From Ignicoccus islandicus DSM 13165 (GTDB lineage Archaea; Thermoproteota; Thermoprotei_A; Sulfolobales; Ignicoccaceae), in contig NZ_CP006867.1 of NCBI RefSeq assembly GCF_001481685.1, positions 1,140,001-1,172,000 on the forward strand: a DNA stretch of 32,000 nt. Direction: 5' to 3'. Positions 24,585-32,000 of this stretch are shown piece after piece. The notes beneath the pieces were generated by a model that did no database searches, was not told the origin of the DNA, and worked only from the letters and a program-made list of their open reading frames with translations. Positions within the stretch are counted from its first letter, which is position 1. The number at the start of each line of letters is the position of its first letter. The position numbers were made by a program, and so were the translations under genes.

Positions 24585-25982
24585 TTAGCTGAGCTTCTTT
24601 GCGATGGCCTCGCCAGCAATGAGGCCGGTAGCGGCCGCTACGTTGATTCCTCTAGAAAGTCCGGCTCCGTCTCCAGCAGCGTAGACGTTCGCGACGTCGG
24701 TCTCCATGTTCCTATCGACTTTCGCCTTCATACTATAGTACTTTATTTCTGGGGCATAGAGTAAAGTGTGTGGTGCGAAGACACCGGGGATAATGTAGTC
24801 TAGGCTCTTCAGTCCTTCCAATATGTTAGTTATGACTCTATATGGGAACGCCATGCTTATGTCACCCGGAGTTACCTCTCTTAAGGTAGGCTTGGTTACG
24901 CTCCTCTTTATTCTCTCCCACGTACTTCTTCTGCCGCTCTCTAAGTCTATTAGTCTTTGAATAAGAGGATTTCCTCCACCCAACTTCGTAGCCAGTTTAG
25001 CTATGTTCTTACCATACTCTATGGTGTCCTCCATGGGATCGGTTAACTTAACTGTTACTAGGAAAGCGAAGTTCGTATTGTTGCTCTTCATGTTTAAGTA
25101 TGCGTGACCGTTAACTCCAACAGTACCATCATCGTATACTTCTTTTACAACGAAGCCCTTGTGATTAGTACAGAAGGTCCTAACTTTGTCATCGAACGTT
25201 CTCGTATATATTATTATCTTAGGGTCGACCTCTACGTCTATTATCTCTTCCATTACTTCGTAAGGAACTTCAACTCTGACGCCCACATCTAACGGACCGC
25301 TTTCGAGCGTTATGCCTAACTTCCTTGCTATATTAACGAACCAATCGGCCCCTCCCCTTCCGGGGGCTAAGAGTAAGTATTTGCTCTCAAAGACTCCCTT
25401 AGTCGTTTTAACTCTTTGACGAGAATCAACGATGTCTACGTCGAGTGCCTCGGTACCTATAATGAACTTCACGCCCTTGCTTTCTAAGTATTTAGTCATG
25501 TTTTCAATTACCCTCACTGAGTGATCGGTACCTATGTGTCTCTGTCTTATTGGAACGAACTTCGCACCTACCTTAACTGCCCTCTTCTCTATCTCTTTAA
25601 CGCGATCCATGTCGGGTTCGTGAAGCGTATCGGGAGGGGCTCCAAACCTTAAGAATATCTTATCGACTTCCTCTATTAATTCCCATGCCCTTTCTTCACT
25701 ACCCACCAATTCTTGCAAGTCGCCACCTACGTCAGGCCTCAAGTTAATGAGGCCCGAAGAGAGCGTTCCAGCGCCACCGACTCCATATAGTATGTGACAA
25801 GGCTTACAATACGTACATTTCCCTATCTTAGGTTCCTGGAGAGGGCATATCCTTTGATGTGCGTAATAGCCCTTCTCGATTATACCTATTCTAGCTTTCC
25901 CATTGGTAAGCTCAGCAATTTTCAAGGCAGCAAACATACCAGCTGGTCCGGCTCCAACTATGAGGACATCGAACTCGTTCAT
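24585..25982 (-). CDS. FAD-dependent oxidoreductase (COG2509-like) with Cys cluster
   Basis: 465 aa. Dinucleotide fold DVLIVGAGPAGMFAA, C-terminal FAD motif VYAAGDGAGLSRGI, and the cluster CPLQEPKIGKCTYCKPC near the N-terminus. Confidence 0.8.
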   Translation of the reverse strand: MNEFDVLIVGAGPAGMFAALKIAELTNGKARIGIIEKGYYAHQRICPLQEPKIGKCTYCKPCHILYGVGGAGTLSSGLINLRPDVGGDLQELVGSEERAWELIEEVDKIFLRFGAPPDTLHEPDMDRVKEIEKRAVKVGAKFVPIRQRHIGTDHSVRVIENMTKYLESKGVKFIIGTEALDVDIVDSRQRVKTTKGVFESKYLLLAPGRGGADWFVNIARKLGITLESGPLDVGVRVEVPYEVMEEIIDVEVDPKIIIYTRTFDDKVRTFCTNHKGFVVKEVYDDGTVGVNGHAYLNMKSNNTNFAFLVTVKLTDPMEDTIEYGKNIAKLATKLGGGNPLIQRLIDLESGRRSTWERIKRSVTKPTLREVTPGDISMAFPYRVITNILEGLKSLDYIIPGVFAPHTLLYAPEIKYYSMKAKVDRNMETDVANVYAAGDGAGLSRGINVAAATGLIAGEAIAKKLS

Positions 25983-26165
25983 AGTTTACCACCTCGTATT
26001 CTGTTAAGTAGAAGTTGGATCTCTCCTCCTTCGTTAACTTTTATTGAAATTGAAGGAGCCAGCGCACTAGGAAAGTACACCCACTTCCCTTGGGGGCTAG
26101 ATGGGAAAGATGGAATTTAAAGGTTTGTATGTGATTCAGCTTATATCGAACCTCATTGATGCTTA

Positions 26166-27326
26166 ATGGGATTAACTGAAATGCAGTTCAGTAAAGCTGA
26201 CATCAAGGCTAGGAAGAGAGCTGCTGAAATAATTCACAAGGCCTTCATGAAAGTAGTTAATAAAGTGCTAAAGGGAGAAGAACCTGAACTCACCCTACCC
26301 AAGAGAACCTTACAGAACACCGTTTGGGACGAGCGGATGAAGATACTCCGACTGGGCGAAGAAACGCTAACTAGGAAGTTCCTTGATATCAACGAAGCTA
26401 AGATGTTTATGAAGACAACCCTAATGGCTTCAATAATCTATGAAGCGTTATTGAACGACGAATATCCAACGATAAGAGATCTATACTACCGAGGCAAGCA
26501 TACGATAGTTTACGTTGACCATAAAGGGAGGAAGAGAGAAGAAAACACTTGGGACGACCAGAAGGAAAGCGATGCCGTAATTACCGACGTTGAAGTATTT
26601 ACGGGACTCCTCAGAGAAGAAATGCTAATCCTAAGTAAAGAGAAAGGTAAAGTCGTAGGTAGGATGAGAATCAGGTCTGGCGATGACGTAATAGACTTGA
26701 GCAAAATGGGGCACGGCGCTTACGCCATAGAGCCTACGCCAGATCTGATAGAGTTCATTGACGTCGATGCGGAATTTGTATTAGTAATAGAGAAGGATGC
26801 TGTATTCCAACAGCTTCACAGAATAAAGTTCTGGGACAGATACAAGTGCTTACTAGTAACCTCTTCTGGACAACCGGATAGGGCAACTAGAAGGTTCGTT
26901 AGAAGGCTCAACGAGGAACTAGGCCTACCGGTTTACATATTGACCGATGCCGATCCATATGGATGGTATATCTATAGCGTCTTCCGATCGGGTAGCATAA
27001 ACTTAAGCTATGAAAGCGAGAGACTGGCAACGCCGAACGCGAAGTTCCTAGGGGTTAGTATGAGCGATATATTTGAAAAGAATTGGCTTGGACCTAAAGA
27101 GAGAAAGAACGTTATAATAAAGGCTAAGGAAACTGACATTAAGAGAGCTAAGGAAATGCAGCGATATGACTGGTTCAAGAGCAGCCAGAAGTGGATGCAT
27201 GAACTTGACTTGTTCCTCAAAAAGAAGAGTAAGTTGGAGATAGAGGCATTGGCCGTCAAGGGTCTAAGGTTCTTATCAGAAACCTATATCCCTCAGAAAA
27301 TTCAGACGGGCGATTGGATTGAGTAA
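26166..27326 (+). CDS. top6A: DNA topoisomerase VI subunit A (Spo11 homologue)
   Basis: 386 aa. The 5Y-CAP region with IRDLYYRG (catalytic-Tyr context). Toprim VLVIEKDAVFQ and YILTDADPYGWYIYSVF. ATG at 26166; the ATG at 26181 is an alternative start. Confidence 0.9.
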   Translation: MGLTEMQFSKADIKARKRAAEIIHKAFMKVVNKVLKGEEPELTLPKRTLQNTVWDERMKILRLGEETLTRKFLDINEAKMFMKTTLMASIIYEALLNDEYPTIRDLYYRGKHTIVYVDHKGRKREENTWDDQKESDAVITDVEVFTGLLREEMLILSKEKGKVVGRMRIRSGDDVIDLSKMGHGAYAIEPTPDLIEFIDVDAEFVLVIEKDAVFQQLHRIKFWDRYKCLLVTSSGQPDRATRRFVRRLNEELGLPVYILTDADPYGWYIYSVFRSGSINLSYESERLATPNAKFLGVSMSDIFEKNWLGPKERKNVIIKAKETDIKRAKEMQRYDWFKSSQKWMHELDLFLKKKSKLEIEALAVKGLRFLSETYIPQKIQTGDWIE

Positions 27327-27366
27327 TTCATATAAATATGAGTCTACTGTCATACCAGTAAATCAC

Positions 27367-27383
27367 TTTTATTTAGGTTTTTC
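27367..27383 (+). terminator. oligo-T termination signal candidate after top6A
   Basis: CTTTTATTTAGGTTTTTCC lies about 40 nt after the top6A stop. Archaeal termination typically occurs at T-runs. Confidence 0.3.
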
Positions 27384-27664
27384 CTCCCTACGGAAACACT
27401 GGGGACCGCGATGAGTTCGAACGTACCAAACGAATTAATCGAAATACTGGAGTTAGTTAGATCTTCAGAGAAATTGGCACAGCTAGAGGTGACTGAAACC
27501 GTAATTTACATTAACGACGAATGATCGATAATTTTATAAAAGCAAAGCAACAATGTCTTAGCCTATATTTATATTGTCTAAACATCTAATCAGATTAGGT
27601 ATGTCTACTCGGAACAGAACGTTATATCTCCTTATCACTTCTGACCCACTATGGGTACACTTCG

Positions 27665-28549
27665 TTGTGCGGAATCGCAGGAATTATGATTAAAGATAAG
27701 GAGGCCGATGTTGGGCAAAGCCTTTATGAAATGTTGAAGAGTTTGCAACATAGGGGAATGGATTCCGCGGGAACCGCCATTTACAATAATCAAAATCACT
27801 GGTTAATTAGGTTCGTCGTTGAAAATGAACCAAACGAAATAGCAAAGAAGATAAGGTATATGATAAACGTAATAGACTTTAAGAGCAAGAAATTGAACGA
27901 TGGTAACTACATGTTGGAAGCACGCGTCCCCGCGGACGTATCGCTGGAAGAACTAAAGACTATTATAAGGAAATATTCCCTATCAGTCTTGTCGATTGGT
28001 AGAAAGTCGGTAATATCCAAAGACGTCGGGTTAGTAGACGACGTAGAAAGGGTCTTCGAGTTCAGCAAATTGAAGGGAACCCATGGGATAGGTCACGTAA
28101 GGTTCTCAACTGAAAGCGCGGTAGATGCTCTCCACGCTCATCCGTTCCAGACCTTCGATTTCCCAGACATAGCTATCGTTCACAACGGTCAGATTACTAA
28201 CTATTGGAAGAGAAGGGAGATATTAGAGCTCGAAGGCCACGTCTTCCAAACCGATAACGATTCCGAGTTGATAATTCACTATATTGTGAATAAATTAAGA
28301 AAAGGTTATAGTTTAGAAGAAGCTCTCCATGAGGCAGTAAGGGACTTGGATGGTCCCTTCGCTTTTCTCATATCAATGCCTGAGGGAATAGGTATGGCAA
28401 GAGATAGGCTTGGCCTCAGACCTCTCGTTACCTCCGAAAGCGATGAAGTATTGGTAGCTGCTTCAGAGGAGGTAGCAATAAGGAAAGTCTTGCCCGAGGG
28501 TAAAATCACCTATCTAAGGCCTGGAGAGGTGGAAGTATGGAAGTTGTGA
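27665..28549 (+). CDS. glutamate synthase glutamine-amidotransferase subunit (class-II/Ntn GATase domain)
   Basis: 294 aa. TTG start followed by the nucleophile Cys (M-CGIAGI). GIGHVRFSTES, VHNGQITNY and TDNDSELI are typical of GltB-domain-1/PurF-type amidotransferases. Confidence 0.85.
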   Translation: MCGIAGIMIKDKEADVGQSLYEMLKSLQHRGMDSAGTAIYNNQNHWLIRFVVENEPNEIAKKIRYMINVIDFKSKKLNDGNYMLEARVPADVSLEELKTIIRKYSLSVLSIGRKSVISKDVGLVDDVERVFEFSKLKGTHGIGHVRFSTESAVDALHAHPFQTFDFPDIAIVHNGQITNYWKRREILELEGHVFQTDNDSELIIHYIVNKLRKGYSLEEALHEAVRDLDGPFAFLISMPEGIGMARDRLGLRPLVTSESDEVLVAASEEVAIRKVLPEGKITYLRPGEVEVWKL

Positions 28550-30702
28550 AGATAGACGCAAGGAACATGACTCCGAAGGAACTTAACAGAGAACTTAATA
28601 ACAAATCTAAGTACGCTAAGAAAATAGTGGTTCTCAACCCCAACGCTAAACACTACATTGCAGCAGGACTAGTTGCTGAAGTGGAAGTTGAAGTGAAAGG
28701 TAGCGCAGGTTACTTCCTAGGTACAATGATTCACGGACCTAAGATAGTTCTCGAAGGTAACGCCGGGTGGTACGCTGGAGATAACATGACGATGGGTGAG
28801 ATAATAGTAAAAGGTCACGCCGGAAACGGCGTAGGTCAGTACATGTACGGAGGCACGATAGTGGTCCATGGGGACGCTGGCGATAGAAGCGCTGCCCTCA
28901 TGAAAGGCGGGACCGTAATAGTCAACGGAGACGCTGGCTTAATGACAGGACTCTACATGATGGGTGGTAAGGTAATAGTTCTCGGCGATCTAAACGAGTA
29001 CGCCGGAGAGATGATAATAAACGGCAAGATATACGTAGGTGGCGCTCCAAAGAGCTTGGGTAAGAACGCAAAGCTCGTGGAAGCTCCCAAAGAGGAGGTA
29101 GAGGAGGTAAACGCGCTCCTCAAGAAATACGGCCTTAAGGGTAAGGACAGTTACTACGTGGTTGTTCCGAAGAGCCTTAGGCCCGTTTACAAGCCGCCTT
29201 CCGGTACTCCAGCTTTAAAGAAGCTCTTTCCTAAGTACATTACATATTTCACTTACGAACTATGTATTGGTTGCGGCGTATGTGCTAGGGTATGTCCGGA
29301 AAACGTAATTAAAATGGTTGGAAACAAACCAGTAACCGCCAGGCAAGCGGATTGCATTGGATGTTACGCTTGCGTTAATTACTGTCCGACCGACGCGGTA
29401 AAGGTGATCAGAGCTGCCGAAAGCATGACTAACAGAGCAGGTCTCAATGCGTCAAAGTATAACTACATAAGGCAAATGGCTTCCGTAGGTCACCCACCAG
29501 TAGTAGGCATGGGGGCTGAGAACAAGTACTTCCCGTCGCTAGATCAATTGACCTTCATTCCCGGCCAGACGTCGAGACCTCCTATAGACAGTTACAGGGA
29601 ACCGTGCGACACCGAAGTAGTGCTAGGCGATAGGTTCGCTGAGAAGCCTTTGGTATTGAAGGCTCCAATAATGATAGGTGCAATGAGCTTCGGTTCGGTT
29701 AGCAAGGAGGTCAAAATAGCCCTTGCTAAAGCAGCGGGAAGGTTAGGCATAGCTGCAAACACTGGAGAAGGCGGAATGCTACCTGAGGAAAGGATGTACG
29801 CGAAAGTCCTGATCGTTCAGTACGCCTCAGGGAGGTTCGGTGTCTCGGCTAGCTACTTGAGGTCGGGAGATGCCGTCGAGATAAAGATAGGGCAAGGAGC
29901 CAAGCCCGGTATGGGAGGTCTTCTACTAGGAGAGAAGGTTACTCAAGACATAGCCAAGATGAGAGGGATACCAGTTGGAACTGACGCAATAAGTCCAGCT
30001 AGGCACTTAGACATAGTTGGACCCGAAGATCTGAAGATGAAGATAGAACAACTAAGGGAAATAACTGAATGGAAAGTACCTATAATAGTCAAGTACGCTG
30101 CTGGTAGAGTTGCGGACGACGTTAAGATAGCTGCTAAGGCTGGAGCGGACATAATAGTAATAGATGGAAAGCCTTCCGGAACGGGGGCAACGCCCTACAT
30201 AGTAACTGAACACACGGGTTACTCCACTATGGCCGCAGTCGTGGAGGCGCACAAGGCCTTAAAGGAGATAGGTTTGAGAGACAAAGTTAGCCTAGTAGTT
30301 GGCGGAGGAATAACTAACGGTGCTGACGCCGCTAAGGTGTTAGCTCTGGGAGCAGATGCCGTTATGATAGCTTCCGCAACTTTGGTTCCAATTGGCTGTA
30401 CCTACTGTGGAACTTGCCACAACGGCAAATGTCCTTATGGAATTGCAACTCAGAGGCCCGAGCTCAGGAGGAGGATCAACGTTGAATTGGCCGCAAAGAG
30501 AATAGAGAATTACTTACGTGCGTTAATTGAAGAGATGTGTATGTTCGCGCAACTTGCAGGAAAGAGCAAATTAAGTAACCTAGAAAAAGAGGACTTGCGC
30601 GCGCTAACGCCCGAAGCCTCCCTACTCACGGGCGTTAAGCTAATGGGAATAGAACAACCAATGGAGTCGCTGCTTAAGAGGAACTCTCAGAGAGGCCAGT
30701 AA
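28537..30702 (+). CDS. archaeal-type glutamate synthase large polypeptide: GXGXG domain + 2x[4Fe-4S] ferredoxin domain + FMN-binding synthase domain
   Basis: 721 aa. The ATG overlaps the GATase gene by 13 nt. Beta-helix GXGXG repeats (GNAGWYAGDNM..GHAGNGVGQYM..GDAGDRSAAL..GDAGLMTGLYM). CIGCGVCARVCP and CIGCYACVNYCP. FMN/2-oxoglutarate site NTGEGGM, IKIGQGAKPGMGG and VGGGITNGADAAK. Confidence 0.88.
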   Translation: MEVVKIDARNMTPKELNRELNNKSKYAKKIVVLNPNAKHYIAAGLVAEVEVEVKGSAGYFLGTMIHGPKIVLEGNAGWYAGDNMTMGEIIVKGHAGNGVGQYMYGGTIVVHGDAGDRSAALMKGGTVIVNGDAGLMTGLYMMGGKVIVLGDLNEYAGEMIINGKIYVGGAPKSLGKNAKLVEAPKEEVEEVNALLKKYGLKGKDSYYVVVPKSLRPVYKPPSGTPALKKLFPKYITYFTYELCIGCGVCARVCPENVIKMVGNKPVTARQADCIGCYACVNYCPTDAVKVIRAAESMTNRAGLNASKYNYIRQMASVGHPPVVGMGAENKYFPSLDQLTFIPGQTSRPPIDSYREPCDTEVVLGDRFAEKPLVLKAPIMIGAMSFGSVSKEVKIALAKAAGRLGIAANTGEGGMLPEERMYAKVLIVQYASGRFGVSASYLRSGDAVEIKIGQGAKPGMGGLLLGEKVTQDIAKMRGIPVGTDAISPARHLDIVGPEDLKMKIEQLREITEWKVPIIVKYAAGRVADDVKIAAKAGADIIVIDGKPSGTGATPYIVTEHTGYSTMAAVVEAHKALKEIGLRDKVSLVVGGGITNGADAAKVLALGADAVMIASATLVPIGCTYCGTCHNGKCPYGIATQRPELRRRINVELAAKRIENYLRALIEEMCMFAQLAGKSKLSNLEKEDLRALTPEASLLTGVKLMGIEQPMESLLKRNSQRGQ

Positions 30703-31721
30703 CTCCTCAACTCCACTTTTACGTTTTCCACGTAGTGTTCCACTTCTTCCATTGGTATAGCCTCTACAGATGTCTTTTCAGAGAAGATTTGCTTCCTCCC
30801 CGCTAGCGTCGCGTTTAAAGTACTCTTCGCAACAACCCATTCAACGTATCCGCCTTCTAATGCTATTACAATAGGGATTCCCATACTCTCTGCGAAATAG
30901 TATATCTCGTTGATTAGCTGCCATTGGCCGTTGAGCGTTAATGAGAATTCCGCTAGCGGGTCCTCCCAATGGGTGTCCCAACCAGCTGAGACTAAAATGA
31001 GATTGGGTTGATATGCCTCTAATATTGGTAACGCGATCCTGTCGAACGCATATAGTATTTGATCATCGTTCGTCCCAGGAGGCAACGCTATGTTTACAGT
31101 ATACCCTTCGCCCTTTCCCCTTCCCTTTTGGTAAGGGAAGCCCTCGAAAGGATATAACGTTCGAGGGTCTTGATGAGTGCTTATGTAAAGTACCTCATCA
31201 GTATCGTAGAAGATATACGCTGTCCCATCGCCCCAATGCACGTCGATGTCTATGATAGCAACCTTTAAACCGAGTCTCCTAGCTTTTTCGGCTGCCAAGG
31301 CCACGTTATTGAATATACAGAAACCCTTGCCCTTGTTCCTTCTAGCGTGATGGCCCGGCGGTCTTACAGCGGTTACGGCCAAGTAGTGTTTGCCTTCAAT
31401 TGCATTCATTGCTGCGTAGCTCACAGTTCCAGCAGCCGCTAGCGCCGCTTCCCAGCTATCGCCTGATACGTAAGTATCAGGGTCTAGCATACCACCGCCG
31501 ACTTCGACCATCTGCTTAACGTAGGCAACGTACTCCGGGTCGTGAATCAAATGTAACTCTTTCTCATCTACCAAAACTGGGGAACGGACCTCAACCTCGC
31601 TTCCCAGCTCAGTTCTCTTTAAGAGATCTAGAATGGCCTTGATCCTTCCGGGGTGTTCCGGGTGTCGAAATGGAGGGGTATGTTTTAGGAACACTTCTCC
31701 AATATAAAGGGCTCTCTCCAT
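30687..31721 (-). CDS. histone deacetylase-family (AcuC/acetylpolyamine amidohydrolase-like) Zn-dependent deacetylase
   Basis: 344 aa. RPPGHHARRNKGKGFCIFNNVA and DIDVHWGDGT (HHGDG variant), and the EGGY motif (ALEGGY). Convergent 16-nt overlap with the glutamate synthase gene. Confidence 0.85.
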   Translation of the reverse strand: MERALYIGEVFLKHTPPFRHPEHPGRIKAILDLLKRTELGSEVEVRSPVLVDEKELHLIHDPEYVAYVKQMVEVGGGMLDPDTYVSGDSWEAALAAAGTVSYAAMNAIEGKHYLAVTAVRPPGHHARRNKGKGFCIFNNVALAAEKARRLGLKVAIIDIDVHWGDGTAYIFYDTDEVLYISTHQDPRTLYPFEGFPYQKGRGKGEGYTVNIALPPGTNDDQILYAFDRIALPILEAYQPNLILVSAGWDTHWEDPLAEFSLTLNGQWQLINEIYYFAESMGIPIVIALEGGYVEWVVAKSTLNATLAGRKQIFSEKTSVEAIPMEEVEHYVENVKVELRSYWPL

Positions 31722-31785
31722 GATTCAAGTCCAATGAGAAATGTGAGTCAAAGAAGGATAAAAAAGTGGTTTTAGATATATTAGG

Positions 31786-32000
31786 TTAACCTACAACGAT
31801 TACGCTTGTAGTATACATAGATGGCCAGAAGGCCTCTTTGCTGTATGCTATTACCTTTACGGTATAGGTACCGGAGGTCCAGTTCTGAGTTTCTTCGCTC
31901 GTTATAGTTATGGTGTACTTACCGGGTGCCTTCTCCTTGGCGAAATCGGAGTAGACGAGCTTTCCGTCAGCTGAGTAGATAGCAACGAAGACCTTAGCAT
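31786..32000 (-). CDS. 3' end of a gene running off the window (C-terminal beta-rich, Ig-like-looking domain of a probable extracellular protein)
   Basis: The minus-strand frame is open from the window edge to the TAA at 31788-31786. It translates to ..AKVFVAIYSADGKLVYSDFAKEKAPGKYTITITSEETQNWTSGTYTVKVIAYSKEAFWPSMYTTSVIVVG*. It has no start in the window, so it is absent from the track. Confidence 0.45.
   Translation of the reverse strand, partial: AKVFVAIYSADGKLVYSDFAKEKAPGKYTITITSEETQNWTSGTYTVKVIAYSKEAFWPSMYTTSVIVVG

Noticed and set aside
25794-26120. 108-aa plus-strand ORF upstream of top6A
   Set aside because: It mostly overlaps the FAD-oxidoreductase N-terminus (GAGPAG motif region) antisense, and the remainder is promoter DNA.
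29943-30252. Two minus-strand ORFs (69 and 66 aa) inside the glutamate synthase gene
   Set aside because: They lie antisense to the conserved FMN-domain coding sequence.
1-32000. Search for a CRISPR array, leader or other cas genes to go with the Cas6-like gene
   Set aside because: I saw no series of 24-37-nt direct repeats with unique spacers anywhere. The only periodic DNA is the intragenic 21/33-nt coiled-coil repeat, which is coding and has no spacers.

Overview
Gene-dense (about 90% coding) chromosomal segment of an archaeon, most likely a (hyper)thermophilic crenarchaeote/TACK member. Supporting evidence: eukaryote-type r-proteins S19e/L39e/L31e plus aIF6 in the conserved archaeal order, Top6A, archaeal AlaRS, short archaeal PurA and a split GMP synthase. 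Sequence signals agree: TTTAAA-type TATA boxes roughly 30-45 nt upstream of starts, GGAGGTG-like SD motifs before internal operon genes, AGG/AGA-Arg and ATA-Ile codon bias, many GTG/TTG starts, and frequent 4-nt GTGA/TTGA start-stop overlaps. I call 34 CDS. One (L39e) is below the ORF-track size cutoff, one needs an N-terminal extension with no canonical start, and one is a 3' fragment at the window edge. I recognised no rRNA, tRNA, C/D sRNA, CRISPR array, transposase or integrase. All product calls come from motif recognition by eye; no searches were run. Most of the window is housekeeping. The candidates for something new are: (1) a translationally coupled radical-SAM / DUF763 (helix-hairpin-helix) / NSUN m5C-methyltransferase module appended to the aIF6 r-protein operon; (2) an orphan Cas6-like RAMP gene with no array or other cas genes nearby, next to a gene for a mixed 7/11-residue repeat coiled-coil protein; (3) an exact 27-bp TATA-containing direct repeat bracketing a 1.47-kb single-gene cassette just upstream of rps19e; (4) a DUF1028-type Ntn-hydrolase gene with ACG where the initiator ATG should be, behind a perfect SD.
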